A DNA stretch of 64,000 nt from Lama guanicoe. Its lineage: Eukaryota. The stretch covers positions 992,001 to 1,056,000 of the forward strand of contig MU054212.1 of assembly GCA_013239625.1 (NCBI GenBank), written 5' to 3'. The notes beneath the pieces are model-generated. The model worked only from the letters and a program-made list of their open reading frames with translations. It was not told where the DNA came from and did no database searches. Shown here in pieces: positions 59,136 through 64,000 of this stretch; the first letter of the stretch is position 1, and every line of letters starts with the position of its first letter. The translations under genes and the position numbers were made by a program.

Positions 59136-60302
59136 TGCAGGGTACTCTTTAAATTATGACACTTTATTAACATAAAGCCATTGGCTTGATGGTCATTGTT
59201 AATCGTATAAATTATTCAGCACCTGTTCAGTGTGCTACTTAAAACATAGTTTTCTATAAATAATTATCAAGCACTGCTCAGTGTTGGGTCTACAGTCAGG
59301 TTTGAGAAGTAATTACTACCTTGAAGGAAGATACAATCCAAAGGGGTAGGAACATAATGTTCATAAAACTGTAAATAACAAACTGAATTAATGAACCTGT
59401 AATTCCACTTGGCTTCCCACATACAGTCTGCTACCAACCAAGTTTAGATTACGATTATCAATTCCTTGAGGGCAAAAGCTATCTAGGAGGGGAGCTGAGA
59501 TGGATGTGCTGCATGCACTGTAATTAGAGCTGTGCATAAGAAGCTAAGAGAAGCCCGTGGGAAGGAGGAATCGCTTCTAGTTTTATCTAGAAAATAATGG
59601 ACCATGTTCTAGACCCGTATTATTACCTGGCACCACTCTCACTAACCAAGAAGACTCTGCAAGCATTTCTGTATCTCCAACATAGTATTTGTTCATCAGG
59701 AGAAAGAGAACAATTGTGAAATTTGAATACAGTAAGTAACCCTATGTGGTATTCGTATAGCTCCACGCCCTCCACCTCTGAAACTGCGCCCAGAGCTCCT
59801 TATGACCGTCACACTGCAGCCCCGTGGGCGCGCTTTCCAACGACGACAGCGATGCAGACATGCACCCTTCTCCTGAAGAGGTAGCGAGGTCCTCATCCCA
59901 GGGGGTTGAGGCTGGCTGTGGGGGCGGGGAGGGGGCGTTAGAGGTGCTATGCTGGGTCAGAGGTTGAATTTTATGACCTTAAGTCATGTGCTTTCTAAAA
60001 ATACTGATTTTCAAATGAAAATTCCACCAGGCGAAAGCCTCCCAGACACTGAGTCTGCGGGAAGGACATCCACTGCACCTGTCCTTGGCCGGGCGACGCT
60101 AAACGGCTGATTCTTCTAGGTTCCTGGTGTTAACCCAACCGAATCTACAGAATTATTCATTAGTGCTAATTAATCATGAGCACTTCCTAGATTCATTTGA
60201 AAGGAGCAATTAATTCTTTGTCAATACCAGTGGTTTTCCCTCCATTTTGTGGTAGCTCGTAGAACAGGTGTCCGTGTGCAGCATTTGCTGAAGGTGATGC
60301 CA

Positions 60303-60320
60303 GCCACCAGAGGGCAGCAG
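60303..60320 (+). promoter_or_regulatory. Candidate CTCF binding motif downstream of LAMA3
   Basis: GCCACCAGAGGGCAGCAG matches the CTCF core. Confidence 0.55.
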
Positions 60321-62589
60321 AGAGCGTCACGGATAGAATTAGAAGCAGAAGGCCCTCCCTGCGGCCCTTCTCAGATTACAAATGTGCGTTCTCTGAAGGG
60401 CCTGTCTACCCCTCCTCAACTGAACCATCGTGGGAATTACTTGTGAACTGTTAAGTGCCGTGCAAATATCATCACCGTTATCTTCTTCCCTCTCCCATAT
60501 TGGGCTGACCTTGGGAGCAACCATGTGCCTGCATGGCTGCTTCCTTCACCATCTTGGCACCTCTTGACCTTACTCCCCAGTACCGGGGCGGTTGGGTTTT
60601 TGCCGCACTCACGATAACCCCCGGCAGAGGACGGTGGCCCCAGGCAGAACCCGCTGACACTCCCATCCTCCCAGAAGGGAAGTAACCCCACTTCCCCACC
60701 GAGGACTTTGACTCAGCGCCTATCTGGCCTGCTCCCCACCCCCAACAGGGCTTCCCTGCAAGAAAGCCCAAAGCCCAGCTCCCGCCTCCCACCACATTCA
60801 CTCCTCTCCCTTCCGGCTCCCCGGTTCTCTTTCTACTAATTCCGACTTTGGGTGTTTGGCCCTAGAAAGGCCAGATTCTCTCTCAGGAATGAAGACCTAA
60901 AGCCAGCATTTGAGTGGAACCATTTTCAAGTAACATTACTGTACTGAATACAAATGGTATAAATGTTCATTATAGAAAAGTTGTAAAATCACCCATAATC
61001 TCATCACTCGGAATTCAGTTTGAATTTGGTTATATGTCTGCTATTCAATTTTAAATGCACATGTATTTCCTTACAAAATTATAATTATACTGTAAATATT
61101 GTTTTTGGTATGTTTTGAAAAACTATACAGTGTTTCCCAGGTCTTCGACCATAGAATGAATTTACTGTAATACAGTCAACCAACCTCCAGTTGGTAGGCA
61201 GCTGGGTTGTTTCAAATTTTTGCTAAATGTATAAGCAACTCTAGAATGAATATGTCCTGGAACGTAAACTTATCTATTTTCTTAGGATAAATTCTTAGAG
61301 GTAAAAACTGCTAAGTCAAAGGATTTGAACATCTGTATCTTTGTTGTTAGCTAATGCCCAATTGTTTCCTAAAAGGTTTTATTCCCCTTACATGCAAATC
61401 TTTTTTAACTCCCCTTAACCTCTGATGTCACTAATTATCAACTCACCACGAACTGCCCATGATCTCCAAGATAGGAAGCAGCTGTTGGACCAAGTCAGCT
61501 CAGAGTTCCAGCGTGCTCCAGGCTCACTTACGCCAAAAGCACACCACCTGGAAACGCAGGCTCAGCGGAGGGGCTCTGATGAGCGATTCTGCACCACGCC
61601 TTAGAGGAGCGAGAGGTTTTTCACTTTCATGTCTAAGTACCAGACCCAGCCAGGGTTGCAGAATGTGTTACTTCAGAGGGCTCCAAACCAGTGCCAAGCC
61701 TGGGACATGCTCCTGGAAAGGAGCCAGGCGCTCCTCGGAGGCTTTGAAGACTGGACTCTGCTCCCCGAGCAGCCACCGAACGTCAGCCATAGCAGCTTCT
61801 TCCTCCTCCTCCTGGTAAGTCTGCTTTCTTTGCGACTGAAATTTTCCTAAGGGTTCACTCAGGCAGAATTTGCAGGGTAAAAGCTCAAGTCCCCATCACC
61901 CTGCCTCCGACCCCCGATAAAAATCCAAGACAGAAACTCTTTTTATCTTAACATGAGTAATAATGGTAATAGCTGTGCTGGGAGGTGACTGATGTATCAT
62001 GTTTCCAGTTTCTTAACTTGCCAGTGTAACTTCATTCCTGGGCATAGAAATCCTAGCATAATGTCTTTTCATCAAGATATGTCACTAGGAAAAAAAAAAA
62101 AGTCACTAGGGCCCCACCTGATTCCAGAACAATGAAGGGCTATCCAAGATCATATCAAACTCCCAGGGACCTGGAGATGGTGTCCTGGCTGTGTTCATCC
62201 TCTCTTTTGAGGGCTAACGACCTCACTCAACCAGAAGCCCTGACGCTTGAACCACAGTTGTGATTCCGTGGCAGCACTCAGATGGAAAAATGTTACCTGT
62301 ACCTACAGAAACTCACCTCTCCCCTCCCCGGCCTGCCTTGTGCAAAATAATTAATGCATTTGAAGAAACCCAATCCTGGGAGAAATGAGGGGTCCCAGCC
62401 AGAAGTGAATTCATGAGAAAGAGGTCTAACAAGTGTTTAGTTTTGCCTTGATCTCAGATATTGCTCAAATGTCCCAGGTTCTCCAGTTCAAACAGCACAG
62501 TGTTGCTTTTTCAGTAGGTAATGGGCTTTGCTAACCAAAAGTCACAGACCTATCTCCCGGAAGACAATAAAATCTTAGAAGACTCACGA

Positions 62590-62708
62590 GTAAGGATGAG
62601 CCCCTGCCCTGGAGATTCTGATTTCCTAGATAGAGGCAGGGCCCAGAAATTTGTATTTTTAATAAACACACCAGGTGATTCTCATAATCAGGCAAATGTC
62701 GGAAATAC
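62590..62708. mobile_element. MER5-like hAT-Charlie MITE fragment
   Basis: gagattctgattt...ggcccagaaatttgtatttttaataaacacaccaggtgattct. Confidence 0.65.
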
Positions 62709-64000
62709 AGTATTATAGAACAAATACTTGCATTACAGAGGACGTCACATTTCATTCCATTTTAGGTAGGTTTGCCTAGAAAATGATCTATTGCTAACAT
62801 CCAAACCAGATAGCTCTCAGACAGAGACTCTGCGTTAAGTAAGGGTGGAGGGTGGCCTTACAGGAAAATGCTGAGCAGGGTGGATCTCCTGATCCTCTAC
62901 ACCTGGGGCACACAGATCAGCGTTGCACAGGACGCATCAGGGTGCCCACGGGGGGAGATTTTTTTTTTCCCTGCTTGTGTTTCAACTGGGAGATAACTCT
63001 AATCATCAGAAGGGAATGGGGAGCACCTGGACTAAATCACATGTAATTCAGGAATTAGAAATATGGAAAAGAACATTATAGGCACAGAGAAGAGAGGGAG
63101 CATGACTGTGGGGAATTGATGAGAATCTGGGTAGCATGGGCAGATAGCGGACAGCCAGGGGGGAACCCCCGCAGCCCCAGAGGAGGCTGGGTGAGAGTTG
63201 AGAATGGCAGTCTTTGACCTCATCTCTTTCAGAACTACATCTGACTGTAGGTGCATTAGCCCCACCTTTCCAAAGCTCAGGCTCGGCAAGCTTAAGTGAT
63301 TTGCCAGAGTCCTGGATTGTGAAATTGGGACAAAAATGAAAAGACCAAGTTGGAGGGTCCAGGAAGGGAGTAGTAGTAGCGCATCCCTCTGCATCTGAAC
63401 CTGACCTTCTGCTGACCTCGGACCAGGAGGAGCTGGGCTGCAGAGAAAGAGGACAGCAGCCGGGGACAGCGGAGAGGGGAGTATTTCAAGCCCTAATTAC
63501 CCACTGCGGATGTCCTGTCAGTTGCTCCACAAATCCAAGCGCTAACATCCCTTTGCTCTGAAGACACTGCAGAACAATTACAAAGCCCTCAGTTCCAAGG
63601 AGAAGGAAATTAAAGCTAATTACTACCCAGGGCAGCCATTTCCTGGCCTCAGACCCTATATTTTCTTCTTTGAATATTTTCATTTACACACTCACAAAAT
63701 GGAGATAAATCTAAAGTAAAAGCATACCCTGGTTACAAAAGCCAGAAAGTGTGAGGCATCCTTAGCTTCATCTGCCCTGCTTCCTTTCATCAAATTATTT
63801 TATGTAAATTGCTTCCTCCCTGTGCCTCAGGTGTAATAAATGCTTGTTGAAGGAAAGAAAGACATTGCACAAATAGGAGATGAACTAAAATGCAGAGATT
63901 TCCAAACCTCACTCTCCCTAGCGTCATGTATTTTATTACTAAAGGTTAATGGGAAGTTGATCCATCAATCAATCAATGGAAGAATTTCAGAAACAACTCG

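Noticed and set aside
1..64000. CRISPR arrays, tRNA/rRNA genes, operon-like or prokaryotic systems
   Set aside because: None seen; this is a spliced mammalian gene with interspersed repeats. Small intronic ncRNAs cannot be excluded without an Rfam/Infernal search

Overview
Mammalian genomic DNA containing the 3' part of LAMA3 (laminin subunit alpha-3, the alpha chain of laminin-332) on the + strand. I traced 36 consecutive GT-AG coding exons from 333 to the TAA stop at 58749-58751. They join with compatible phases into 4896 nt (1631 aa plus stop): laminin EGF-like repeats, the coiled coil, then LG1-LG5. By comparison with the human protein from memory, they correspond to about exons 3-38 of the alpha3A transcript. 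Introns hold old repeats (MIR, L2, L1M, MER5, a Tigger1 derivative, an MLT1-like LTR) and a younger L1 whose 3' UTR looks camelid-like. I recognised no Alu, rodent, ruminant, pig, horse or carnivore SINEs, so a camelid is a tentative guess. The most unexpected element is an intronless, frameshifted TSPAN17-like retrocopy fragment (37520-37889) in the LG3 intron, inside a ~1.27 kb segment bounded by an inverted repeat. Other leads: a stop-free in-frame 111-nt intron encoding a hydrophobic peptide, changes at the human RGD motif and LG3/LG4 processing site, a recursive-splice-like site, a poly(A)-only insertion with target-site duplication (TSD), and a near-perfect 134-bp tandem duplication. I see no convincing wholly new biological system. 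All family calls are by eye, without database searches.
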